Positions 1 to 12,199 of a stretch of DNA of 64,000 bases are shown one piece after another. Numbering within the stretch: position 1 is the stretch's first letter; every line of letters begins with the position of its first letter. The position numbers and the translations under genes were made by a program. Source of the stretch: Octopus sinensis (lineage: Eukaryota); NCBI RefSeq assembly GCF_006345805.1, contig NC_043001.1:79298001-79362000 (forward strand), given 5' to 3'. Under the pieces are notes generated by a model. That model did not search any database, was not told the DNA's origin, and saw only the letters and a list, made by a program, of their open reading frames with translations.

Positions 1-19
1 GTAATTGCGTTTATTTCCA

Positions 20-1290
20 CCACGTGACACTTATGAGATCAATGTGTTGGGTATCGAAAGAGTGCTCTTTGGTATAAGTAAATGTCGACAAAATGCTTTC
101 AAACCTTTCCGATTTCCTTTATCGAAGCTTCTAGAACATGTACAACAATCTGACATATAATTTATTGTCACCCAGGAAGAAGATTGTTTATCCTCAAGAG
201 AGTGTATTTGAGAGAAATTGTTGAAATACATATGTACATCATATGAGTAGCAAATTGTAGAGAATGGTATTCACTATACTTGGATCTGTTAAGTTTGAGT
301 CACAAAATCAGCACCCTTTTAAAATGACGTAAAGAACCCTGAATATTTGTCATATTAAACATTCATTTCTTATTCAGGATCTAGTTTGCTTCATTCACAA
401 AATCTTAATTTTTTAAAAGGAAGTAAGAAATCTGAAAATTGGTTATTTTGATACAGTTTACTAAGCTTACTCCTATGAGGCCATGGACTTCTGGCGAAAA
501 CATTTGACACACACAATTTGTTTTTAATTCGTGGTTTTAAAATATGGACAGTCCAAATCTACCATTCGTTTTCTTTATAATTTCTCAATAATTTTTTAAG
601 TACTTCAAAATCAAAATTGCGTAAATATTGTGCCAGAAACAGTAGTGAAAAACTAAGGAAATAGATTTCTGAGAGAGCTCTTACTATGAGTGACTTTTAT
701 TCCATCATTCTAATACTTTATGAAACTTATACATATACATGTATAAATGCATACACAAACATACAAATATATAAACACACATACATGTTTATACAGTTAG
801 TTTTATATACATGCTTTTATATATATAAATATTTCGGCATATCTACATCATTTTGCCCCAAACATTGCTTCTTCATAACCATGAGAAAATAACTATTACT
901 TTTCTACAGATATGCTTCAGATAATTTAGATTCCGATTAAATTGGAATTAATTGTGAAAACCGTTTGCGTATACGAATTGTTTTAAATATATCTTTATAC
1001 ACTCGTGTACACACAAAAAACTGGCACCGCGTCGGTCCGACAATTACAAGTATCCAAAATTTCTTCACCACTCTTCCAACTTCATTTTTCCCCTTAGAAA
1101 GAAGGCTTTGGACTATCACTGTACGGTTGTCTGTCTGCTAATATTGCTGATGGACATGAAGTTTGTCACTGGCATTTCACATAGAAACTCCAGGATGATG
1201 TGAAAAAGTGAGAAGACCGTCAATTGATTTTCTTCCATAAAAGTATAAAGAAATTGTTTTAAAATTATAAAGAGAAACGAATAGTAGATT
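20..1290 (-). pseudogene. Merlin/ISXO2-type DDE transposase remnant, frameshifted and split by a ~0.75 kb insert
   Basis: Minus frames give TVIVQ[IDE deleted]SLLSKGKNEVGRVVKKFWILVIVG (~1125-1035), then NLLPG/TINYMSDC/KHFVD/DTQHID (~186-35). The motif order matches the Merlin consensus VEIDES..RKYNVGR..WVFG / ILPGT.I.SDCW / NFVD..HTQ.IE. Confidence 0.55.
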
Positions 1291-1479
1291 CGGACTGTAT
1301 TTTAAAACCAAAATAAAAAAAAGAGAGGGGTGGGAGATTTCTTTTTTTTTTTTGCATAAGCACATCAATTCCATTATGCAGAAGACAGAATGGAAAACAT
1401 TTGTAAAAATTCGTAAAAATACAAAATCCATGAGTGGGTTTAGTACATACTTACATCAGAATTCTGACCATTCGTATCC

Positions 1480-1480
<1 letters not shown>

Positions 1481-1564
<84 letters not shown>

Positions 1565-1577
1565 TTATAATATTATA

Positions 1578-1649
<72 letters not shown>

Positions 1650-1672
1650 GTATATATATATATGTATATATT
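1481..1672. repeat. (CT)n-(TA)n compound microsatellite
   Basis: Directly visible. Confidence 0.95.
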
Positions 1673-2368
1673 ATATTGAGGGTACTACTATTCGTAGATA
1701 CCAACACGCTAAGAGGGACCAATGCGGTCAAAACTACTAAAAATAAACAAAATTTTACCGAATGCAAAACTTCAAAACACATCATTTTAAAAAAGAATTC
1801 AGTTACATGTGATTTCGCATTTAATGCAGAATGTGCATTTCATGTTCGTCAGTGCAACAAACTCAAGAAATATAAGAAAAAACATAACGTTACAAACTCG
1901 ATAGCCAATCGTAGAATTCGTCGTAGCTTGTACGAATGTTTATCCTTACATGTCTATGAAAATGGCGGGCTTTTTCGCAATACATTTCGGTAACAAATAT
2001 ATATGTATATATATATATTGTATATATATATGTATATATTATATTGAGGGTACTACTATTCGTAGATACCAACACGCTAAGAGGGACCAATGCGGTCAAA
2101 ACTACTAAAAATTAAAAAAATTTTACCGAATGCAAAACTTCAAAACACATCATTTTAAAAAAGAATTCAGTTACATGTGATTTCGCATTTAATGCAGAAT
2201 GTGCATTTCATGTTCGTCAGTGCAACAAACTCAAGAAATATAAGAAAAAACATAACGTTACAAACTCGATAGCCAACCGTAGAATTCGTCGTAACTTGTA
2301 CGAATGTTTATCCTTACATGTCTATGAAAATGGCGGGCTTTTTCGCAATGCATTTCGGTACCAAATAT
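1673..2368. repeat. Near-identical tandem duplication of a ~330 bp unit (period 368) with TA-rich spacers
   Basis: ATATTGAGGGTACTACTATTCGTAGATACC starts at 1673 and at 2041; both copies end TTCGGTA(A/C)CAAATAT. Confidence 0.95.
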
Positions 2369-2879
2369 ATATGTATATATATATATATATTATATTATAA
2401 TATTATATATACATCGTTTTGGGATTTGGTTTGCAAGATTCTTTATGTGAATTCGTGTGCTGAAGCATATTATGTTGCGTTGGGGAGAACCATTCTCTTT
2501 TTTTTAGTGCCATATAATTTAATACACTCACTGGTAAAATTTCACTTATTTCTATTTTACTTTTCTGTTTTTCCTTCAGTTATTTTTTTACTTAAACACA
2601 TCAGCATATGAGCCAATGGGATACTCTCTGTGTGGTTGTTCAATTTCCTAGAAATAAGAGCCAAATCTCCCTCATACTATGCTCTTGTTAGTATCAAGGA
2701 AAGAGAAAATGTTTACTCCTCTTCATCGTTTCGATTTAAATTAATATTTTTGCTTTTGTGCGGCTCTATGAGTTTAATTTTTTTAATGCTTCTGTCTATT
2801 GCTTCATACAAGAAAATGGAAAATCCTGACCAATGTAGACAAATTGTAACTTAACAAAAAACTATAGAAACAGAAAGTC

Positions 2880-2978
2880 TCTCACGCTCCCCTTAGTGCC
2901 CCTTTACTCCAAAACGTCCCCTCAACCCCCAAATTCCCCACGGGACCATATGGCCCACGTTGAGAACCTTTGATCTAG
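2880..2978 (-). mobile_element. Possible hAT-type transposon terminus
   Basis: Minus strand reads CAAAGGTTCTCAACGTGGGCCATATGGTCCCGTGGGG, resembling CAGTGGTTCTCAAC-type hAT TIRs; no partner end found. Confidence 0.3.
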
Positions 2979-3699
2979 TTCGTTCGTATCTCCTTCCCTT
3001 TTCACTTATATTTAGATAAATACCTGAATTTTACTAAGTGTTCGCCACTTCTGTGAGTAACTAATCATCGTCTCTAAATTTGAATTACTCTAGAGATTAA
3101 TTATGAAAAACAAAATGACTAACTTCATAATTTATCTTAATTAGATTCGACAAACAACGAAAAATCTATTTATTACAAATATTATGGGAGTAAGTAGATA
3201 ATACAACATTGGAGAACACTTTTGTAGTAACAATTTAAACGTTATACGGATGTGAACGGTTGTCAATTGGAGTTTGACCAGCCTAAACAGCTTAATAGTG
3301 GTAAAAGAATATTTTCTAGATGTATACGTTTCTTTCGTTTATCTTTTGCTTTTTTACCAATAAATTGTTTCAGTCAATGGAATTTGGTCTTGCCTGAGCG
3401 CTGAAGGTGCTTTTTTTTCATCGAAGTGCTCTACCACAAACCTTATAATTTAAATCTAATATTTACTTGATCTGGTGTCATTACCGAACCGTTAGAATAT
3501 GAGGATGTAAAGAAAAAACACACTGGTTCTCAATCTTATATACATATATATACATATATATGTGTGCACATATATATGTACGCATATATGTGTACATATA
3601 TATATACATATATATAGAAATACATATATACATATATATAAAGATGTATATATATATATATACATACATACATACATACATACACACATACACACACAT

Positions 3700-4436
3700 A
3701 AGGTGCGGTGAATAAACTATTGCCTACATTACGCAAAATTAAAAGTAACAGTGACATCTCATTTTAACAGATTTAGTTACTAAAATTACATAAAAGTATC
3801 TTGAAATATTAATTTGGATATTAATTCAAAAAAAATCGCCATTGACTTCAACCACAGTTTCCAGACGACTTGGGAATCGCCTACAACTCTTCTGAACGGT
3901 CTCCTTATTTAACTTGGTTAATGCTGCCATTATCTTTGCCTTCAGTTCATCTTTGGTGTTACAAGGAATTTTGTTGGTCTTTCGCTCAACTGCGCCCCAC
4001 ACATACTAATCCAGCAGCTACCTTCTTGAATCAGGGCAACTTGATGTAGGCCTCCATGTTGAGTCTGAGGCCGTGTGGGTAGATGAATGGAGGGATAAAG
4101 TCGCCATCACTAGTGATGACTGCAAACACCATGATGTTGACTGGATGTTTGATTTTTATCTCTCTTGGTGCATGTCCTCAGATTGCACTGTCCTGAGATT
4201 GACGCTCAATCACACTGAAATGTTCGTATTGGAGCGTCTGTAGCTAATGGCAAGCAGTACAGCATGTCGTTTCCAAATTTCTGGCAGAGTGATTAGCGTC
4301 ATGGTGCTGTTCTTTGCACAGACGGTGCTCAACTGACTCTACTATACTGTGTAGTCGACAAAATCAATAACAAACAATGCGTAAGCGCGAAATTAAAAAT
4401 ATGCAATCGCGACAATCTACCCATCGAACACTGTAT
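3700..4436 (-). mobile_element. Internally deleted Tc1/mariner (maT-like) element with both ends
   Basis: N-term MTLITLPEIWKRHAVLLA; mid KHPVNIMVFAVITSDGDFIPPFIYPHGLRLN; C-term YVWGAVERKTNKIPCNTKDELKAKIMAA..RFPSRLETVVEVNGDF; degenerate TIRs next to TA at both ends. Confidence 0.8.
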
Positions 4437-5729
4437 ATTTACATAATGCTTTTTACACCCAATGCAGAGTGTAATCATCTCAGTATAGTCGATGTATGCG
4501 ATCATATCCTTATTTGTAAACCAAACATACCTTTAAAATGACGTCTACATTGATTGTACAATAATTTTCTTGCAGCTTTAACAAGCTGTGTAATCTGATC
4601 TTGACGAACCATAAAATGTTTATTCAGACTTCTTTGAAATTTGTTGATCCTGTGGCATTTGACATTGATAAGGATGAATCCTACTGATTGCAGAACTTAG
4701 TTGCGAGTTCATATGCACATTTTACTTCCAGCATACTTTAAATAACATCAAATTTTAATCTTATCTTGAATGCAAACGTATTAGGGTCTAATGAAATATT
4801 TTCCATGAAATTCTTTGCTTAATGAAAAACGGAAAGAACGCCACAGGAAACATAAGAAAGACGAATTCGGTGCGGCTTATTGTTTCAGATACAAAAGTGT
4901 AATCGAAGTGTTTAGTGCAAAATATCTCAATGAGTGAATGACACAACGTATGATATGATGCGTGCTATTAAAGAAGTACGATGCATGTATATGCGTGCAC
5001 GCGTTCTCTCTATGCATAGGATTACTTCACGCTGCTTATTTTCCCTTTGTAGCCATTCAGTTACCCGTGACAATGTGTACAGTGTGTAGCATTGAGAGAT
5101 GCGGTTGTTGTTTTTTAGTCTTCCATGTGTAGCAAATTTGTATCTAATTATACTTTTGAAAATGTTCCAATATTTACAATAAACTGTTTGCTCGAAGTCG
5201 TTTCCACAGGCAACCGTGCACCGTATGAACTTATGAAGCTTGTCTCCAGAGAACGTTAGAGATAGGAAGAGAAAGAAAATGAGAACTATAAACAAACAGT
5301 CAAAGAGAAACAGTGGTATTGCTATATTAACGAAAGGTTAGACATTGACAAACAACATAAGAAAGGAATATCGTACAAAATGTAAAACAGAGATATAGTA
5401 AATCATAGGTTGAGTGGGGACATATTTGTGTGTTGCACTCATGAATGTATTTGAGTGTGTGAGTGTGTGAGATTTTGTGTGTGTGTCTGCGTTCATTTCA
5501 ACAACGTAAACAGGGAAATGAAGGCCTTCCAATAACAGCATTTAGGATTAGGCAAATAGGATGGGAGCTTCAGAATACATAATACGTACGTACATACATA
5601 CATACATACATACATACATTATCGTCCATGACGCATGATGCAGTGGCTAGTCTAGAATAACAAAAACAGGTGCATTACACTGCTTGGAAAAATAAAAAAT
5701 AAAATACCTTCAGAGGAAGCTGACTATAT

Positions 5730-6125
5730 ACTTTTCTACTCTAGGCACAAGGCCCAAAATTTTGGGCTAAGGGGCTAGTCGATTAGATCGACCACAATAT
5801 GCAACTGGTACTTAATTTATAGACACCGAAAGGATGAAAGACAAAGTCGACCTCGGTGGAATTTGAGCTCAGAACATAAAAACAGACGAAATACCTATTG
5901 CTTTACTACCCACAAGGGGCTAAACAAAGAGGAGACAAACAAGGACATACAGACGGATTAAGTCGATTATATTGACCCAAATGCGTAACTGGTACTTAAT
6001 TTATCGACCCCGAAAGGATGAAAGGCAAAGTCTTCCTCGGCGGAATTTGAACTCAGAACGTAACGTCAGACGAAATACGGCTACGCATTTTGCCCGGCGT
6101 ACTAACATTTCTGCCCGTACGGCGC
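5730..6125 (-). mobile_element. SINE family A (head GAGCTGGCAGAATCGTTAG..), two tandem/nested copies
   Basis: Shared body AATTTATCGACCCCGAAAGGATGAAAGGCAAAGTC..GGAATTTGAACTCAGAAC; B-box GAGTTCAAATTCC on the minus strand. Confidence 0.85.
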
Positions 6126-7130
6126 CTTGGAAGCTGACTATATTGAAACTGATGTGCCAAAGCATATTTGTGGAACTTAAAAATATAAACAACCATCAAG
6201 TTAAAACACAGATATTGTTGCGTGCCACGACAAGGAGAAGAATGATCTATTTTCGGAATGATATGCACTATGGAGACATAAGTGGTTAGAAAAATACAAT
6301 AGAAAAAATATATATGCGCCATTGATAAGAAGTTGACATATCAAGTATTACAGATTTATTTTCGCCTTCATACCTATTAATATTGGAGCAACAGGATACA
6401 TACGAACCTCGAGAACACAGTGTGGATAAACATGGGATCTTGAGGGAGAGAATGCAAATTCTTAATTTACGCTCTATAAATGATGCCGATATCATAAAAT
6501 ATAAGAATATGCAAAACCATTTTAAAATTTAAAGGATCGTGATTAAAACAAGATGCTCTCCATCACAGCCTTGCTACAAGAAATTTGTCGGTCAAAATTT
6601 ACTGTAAAATTAAAAGAGAAAGACAACCTACACGCATAGATATATACATAATACATATATATAAACATGCGCGCGAACATACATATATACATGCATACAT
6701 ACATACATACATACATACATACATACATACATACATACATACATACATACATACTTACATATATAGCTTTAATTCGTGCTTCGAGAACTTCCAACAATAA
6801 TTAACATTTTCTCAGTTTATAAAATCATTGTGACGCCAACATGCAATTCTCTGTGGTACGAATAAAACTTATGAAAACCACAAAGAAGTTTGAGGGATTC
6901 GTTTGACACAATAGTCAAAGGCCGGTCATGTATACATCAGAGGAGGCTTCAAGGCCCCAGGCAGCATTTGACATTTTCTATCAAAAAAGGTTTTGACACC
7001 CGATATTCATAGTTTTATGTATGTGCCTCCAGATATTCTAAAACAATAAGTATTATAAATACATACAAACAGAATACTCACATGTAACTGCATGTATACA
7101 TGTACATACGTACGTACGAACATACATACA

Positions 7131-7164
<34 letters not shown>

Positions 7165-7284
7165 CATACATACATACATACATACACACATATATACATA
7201 CATATACACAGGATATCGTTTTCTTATAGAAATGATTTGCAAACACAACTGAGACCTTCTTCTAATTGTCGTTTTTCAATACGC

Positions 7285-7506
7285 TTTTACTATCTTTTAC
7301 TCTTGTTTCAGTCATTTGACTGTGGTCATGCTGGAGCACCGCCTTTAGCCGAGCAAAGCGACCCCAGGACTTATTCTTTGTAAGCCTAGTACTTATTCTA
7401 TCGGTCTCTTTTGCTGAACCGCTAAGTTACGGGGACGTAAGCACACCAGCATCGGTTGTCAAGCGATGTTGGGAGTGGGGACAAACACAGACGCACAAAC
7501 ACATAT

Positions 7507-7541
<35 letters not shown>

Positions 7542-7703
7542 CGACGGGCTTTTTCAGTTTCCTTCTACCAAATCCACTCACATGGCTTTGGTCGGCCCGA
7601 GGCTATAGCAAAAGACACTTGCCCAAGGAGCCACACAGTGGGACTGAACCCGGAACCATGTGACTGGTAAGCAACCTTCTTACCACACAGCCACTCCTAC
7701 GCC
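7285..7703 (-). mobile_element. SINE family B (tRNA head + CORE-like central box), full length
   Basis: Minus strand: A-box TGGCTGTGTGG, B-box GGTTCAGTCCC, CCTTGGGCAAGTGTC core, internal (TA)(TG) tract, GAGTAAAA tail; many homologs in the window. Confidence 0.9.
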
Positions 7704-9404
7704 AATGTTCATGTTAATTCTTTTTATCAAACTTGCATTAGAGTTCTTCGTGATTTTTTGAAACAGTAACTTAACCAAATGACTGATCAACGTGTCCAGC
7801 CTTTCATATTTTCCTGAACAAAATGATACTGCCATGTGCTACTGTGTTTTTTAGAATGTAGGGCCAATGAGATTGGTGCAGTCACTACCATTCCAATCCA
7901 GTGATTTATAATCATCACTGAGTTGATTGGTTTCGTATGTGACTAATTTATTTTAGCTTTGGGATATACTAGGAATATTAACTCCATTATTCATCACTAT
8001 ATTTTGTAGGGAGTTCTGTAAAGTATCCATATGTTGCCAACTAATGTGTTTACACCAAAAACACGATTAAAGTCACATATTTACATTACAACAGCGAAAG
8101 ACCAAACAGATAAAAAGTATTTCGGTAAAACTCTACTTAAAAAACAAAAGGAGAAAAGCTATTAGGGTTCTTCATGATCAAACGAATCACAACAAACAAA
8201 GAAAGCACAGAATAAAATACATTCTATTCAAACACGGGTAATAGAGCAAGCAGTACAATAATTTAGAGATAAATACAACAAATTAATAACATCAGACACA
8301 ACACTTACCAAATATTCCCAAGTCACACATGAAATGTATGGATTAAAAACAAAATATATATATATGTATCAGTATTGACTAGATGAATATATGATGAGTA
8401 TAAAATATAAAACAGAAGGAAAAAATATGACACTGTAAAGTAAACAAACGCTAATAATATCTTCTGATTTTGAGTCATTTTTGTGACTGGAGTCAGAAGC
8501 TATTATAGACCACAGGTCTGAACTAGTAAATTAATATTATAGACTTGGTTTGCTGAAAGGAAAAGTTAAACTGAGCAAGATATGAAATCAGAAGTTAGAG
8601 AAACGTAAAAGACCACAAGAGAAGGCAAAAAGCCCACAGAAAACGTAAAAGACCTAAAGAAAAAATTTTTTTCAACGTTATAAAGATTCTAACATGTCAT
8701 TACTGAATAAATAAACATTAAAAACTCTTTAAAAAGCATGAAAATTAAAATCGGCTTCACATACATTTCCGCGAATCAGTAAATATAGTATGTGTTGCTT
8801 GTATGCATAAAATCCGACGTATTTATCGGGTTCTGGATGATGAATCTGGCATTCGTAGCTGACGACGCGCATTGACGCAGAAATGCCAGCGTCATCAGAT
8901 CACAAAGCATTGTTCGCAGTGCAATATATTTTACACATACTGTGTGTTCTGATAATTTTCTCACGGGTGTATATCCACAATGAAGGCCGTCCCTAAGACT
9001 AAGTGTACATGAAAATGTTCAATATGATTTTACAAGATAATATTCTAGTCACTGCTGAATCGTGCGATTCTAGCTCAACCAAACTTTACTCTTAAGCGTA
9101 CATACACGCACACATATTTACATATATAACAAGGTATATCGAAATAATGAAGCCCACGTTATTTATTCTTACACCTGTTTCATAATGGTAGACGATTAAA
9201 CCTCTGCATTGGAAGCCATATGAATTTTTGACGTCATAAGAGTTCTAAAAAATGTTGAGGTAATATGGATTAATGTACATTTGTGTGTATGTGGAGGGGG
9301 ACTCGTATTTCACATAAAGCTATAAATGAGAGCATGTAAGCATTGGGTTAAAAGAACCTTTTGGACAGAAAATGTCGTAAGCTATTTCAAATTTTTCTAT
9401 CCAA

Positions 9405-9545
9405 GTCAGGCGCGGTCCCAAGAATTTTTAGAAGGGGTGGCACAAGATCAAAAGGAAATTCCAGGAGAAAAGAGCATAATAACGGTATTTAGAAGGGTGC
9501 ACTACTTTTCTGAAGGGGTGCACGTGCTCCACAGCCCCACTACCT
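9405..9545. mobile_element. Possible small PIF/Harbinger-type MITE remnant
   Basis: CAGGCGCGGTCCCAAGAATTTTT...GGGGTGCACGTGCTCCACAGCCCC pattern; TIR pairing is incomplete. Confidence 0.25.
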
Positions 9546-9726
9546 TTGTTCTACCTCTGCAAATTGTTTTTTTCGGCCCAATATTTACACGTTGTTATTT
9601 AGGACGTCTTGTGTACTTCGATAACCAAATTCAAGAAGAGAATATCTACTTATTTCTCTCCCTTTCTTTCTCTCTCTATATCCCCCTCTCTCTCCCTTCT
9701 TCTCTCTCTCTCTCTATGTATATATC

Positions 9727-10960
9727 TGCTCATTAAGAATGGCATGTCCGATTTTCTTATGCACTAAGTTTGCCAGTCGTTAATGTTTTATCCTGAAAAT
9801 TCGTTGTTTTACAACATTGAAGAGTTACAGCATCACATTTCGAAATACAGTTCATTGTGACTGGATACGTTGTGAGTTTTCTGTTGTAAATCGATTTTTG
9901 TGAACCCACAGATGGATCAAAACTCGTGTTGTTTATGAATATGAGTTCTGTCGTGGAACCAATGCAACCCAGACAGCTCGAAACACCTATGAGGTGTTTG
10001 GTGAAGATGGGGTGAATGAGCGCACTGTACATCGATGGTTTGAGAAGTTCCGGTCTGCTGATTTTACTCTTGAAAATCAGCACCTTGGTAGACCCAAGAC
10101 GAAAGTGGATAAGTATGAGCTGGAAACTGTAGTAGAAGTGGATGCATCTCAAACTACGCATTACTCAGCAGCAAGGTTTGATGTTTCGATTCCAACTGTA
10201 TTGCATCATCTGAAACAAATCAGCGAGTTAATGAGCTGGACAAGAGAGTACTAATGAACGGAACTAGCATCAAATGACATATCGTCTTGAAACTTGTAAT
10301 ACTTTGCTGTCACGGCATCAAAAAGAAACCTCTTTTTCTTCGTATTGTTAGGTGTGAGGAAAAATGGATTCTTTTCAACAACAGAAAGTGTTCTGTACAG
10401 TGGTTGGATAGAGACGAATTGCCAAAACATAATCCCAAAAAGAATATTCATAAAAAAAAGCTAATCGCGTCAGTGTCCTCCACGACAGCTTTATGAGACC
10501 TAGTAAGTTAGTTACAGCGGATGTATACACCAACCAGTTGGATGATATTATGAGTGAACATCATTAAAAGACTGATACCGTTCAATAGAGACAGGCCACT
10601 AACTTTGCAATACAATGCTCGACCAAATGTTGCACAAAGAACACTACTTAAGTTACGAGTACTGAATTTGGAAGTACTCTGTCATCCATCATATTCACCA
10701 GACCTTGCACCAACTGACTATCACGTTTTACAAGCATTAGACAACATTTTGCAAGGAAAAAACTTCAAATCTGAAGAAGATGCGAAAACAGCCTTTTGTG
10801 ATTTCATCACCTCTTGCTCTCCAGAATTCTTCGCTGCCGGCATAAATAAGGTACAGAAAAATAGCAAATTTAGGTGTATACTTTGGTTACCTGCATTGCT
10901 TTTTGTTGAGATAAAGTAAAATGCACTTTCAGAGTTCAAATTCGGACATTTCATTCTTGA
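9727..10960 (+). mobile_element. Mariner (DD34D) transposon, near full length, transposase pseudogene (~9912-10896)
   Basis: HTH TVHRWFEKFRS; RCEEKW (D1 to E); QYNARP (D2 to Y); YSPDLAPTDY; frameshifts; TIRs 9735-9755 and 10938-10958 (18/21 identical); TA flanks. Confidence 0.92.
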
Positions 10961-11002
10961 TATATATATATATATTATGTGAAATAGAAAGATGAAGTTT
11001 CG

Positions 11003-11232
11003 CCATGGGCTCTTAGGAGCATAGTTCGATTTGGTTTTTGCTCCGCCTCTGTTCTGTTTTTGTTTCTCTAACGGATTTCCTTTTTTCTTCCTGAAGAAAA
11101 GACACAATATGGTCCCATTATTCAATCGGATTTTGGTAATTTGTGCCTTTCGAAACACGTGTAGAATGAAATAAAACGATTTCTGTTCAATCTGCGTTCA
11201 GCTCCATTTCTTCAATTCACCAATAATGTTTT
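11003..11232 (+). mobile_element. PLE 3'-terminal fragment ending in (TA)n
   Basis: High identity to 54705-54930, which lies downstream of a GIY-YIG ORF; contains an HHR. Confidence 0.8.
11082..11173 (+). ncRNA. Type I hammerhead ribozyme (copy lacking G10.1)
   Basis: TTTCTTC-CTGAAGA-AAAGACACA..TGTGCCTTTC-GAAA-CACGTG-TA|GAATGAAA. Confidence 0.7.
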
Positions 11233-11459
11233 ATATATATATATATATATATTCTAACTTATGTCATGCCTCGCAAACGAGTGTCCAATACAGAAGTGAT
11301 GTAGGATCGAAATTACTTCATTTGCAGGTCTGTGAGCTCGGTTGCAGGACTTCCTATGTAGACGATGAAAACGATGACGATTATTATGATCATAGCGACA
11401 ACTGGGAGACGTACAATTAACAATGAGGATAATGAAGATGATGATGAACATAGCGATTA

Positions 11460-11580
11460 TTATTAGCGGTATTTCGTCTGTCTTTACGTTCTGAGCTCGA
11501 CTTTAGCTTTCATCATTTCGGGAGTCGATAAGATATGTACCAGTTGTATAATTGGGTCAATGTAATCAACTGTCCGCCTT
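11460..11580 (+). mobile_element. SINE family A fragment
   Basis: TTAGCGGTATTTCGTCTGTCTTTACGTTCTGAG..GACTTTAGCTTTCATC. Confidence 0.75.
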
Positions 11581-11610
11581 CACATACGCCCTGTGCCTGT
11601 AGTAGAAAGC

Positions 11611-11611
<1 letters not shown>

Positions 11612-11650
<39 letters not shown>

Positions 11651-11704
11651 GTAGTAGTAGTAGTATTATCATTATTATCATTATTATCAGTATTATCATC
11701 ATCA

Positions 11705-11741
<37 letters not shown>

Positions 11742-12039
11742 CATTATTATTATTAATATTATTATTATTATTATTATTATTATGTTATTGTTAATATTGT
11801 TATTATTATTATTGTTATTATTATTATTATTATGATTATTATTATTATCATTATGATTATTATTATTATCATTATTATTATTATTGTTATTATTGTTATT
11901 ATTATTATTATTATTATTATTGCTATTGTTAATATTGTTATTATTATTATTGTATTATATTATTATTTATGATTATTATTATTATCATAGATTATTATTA
12001 TTTCATTATTATTATTATTGTTATTATTGTTATTTGTTA

Positions 12040-12071
<32 letters not shown>

Positions 12072-12105
12072 TATTATTATTATTATTTTATTATTATCAT
12101 TATTA
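11612..12105. repeat. ~500 bp (ATT)n microsatellite
   Basis: Directly visible. Confidence 0.95.
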
Positions 12106-12199
12106 TTGAGTGAGAGAGCATCGCATGGCATCAAAGAGACACTGGGATACGAAGACTAATATATTCATCGTGACTTTACATCGTTTTTTTTGGACATGT

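Noticed and set aside
4927-5295. 122 aa minus ORF
   Set aside because: No recognisable domain, and a weak start in low-complexity sequence; cannot be supported as a CDS
8870-8905. CTGATGA on the minus strand with a GACGC/GCGTC stem
   Set aside because: No GAAA core half or NUH site follows
8750-8975. Possible Tc1-type terminus (TATACACCCGTGAGAAAATTATCAGAACAC)
   Set aside because: No partner TIR or transposase found; too weak to call
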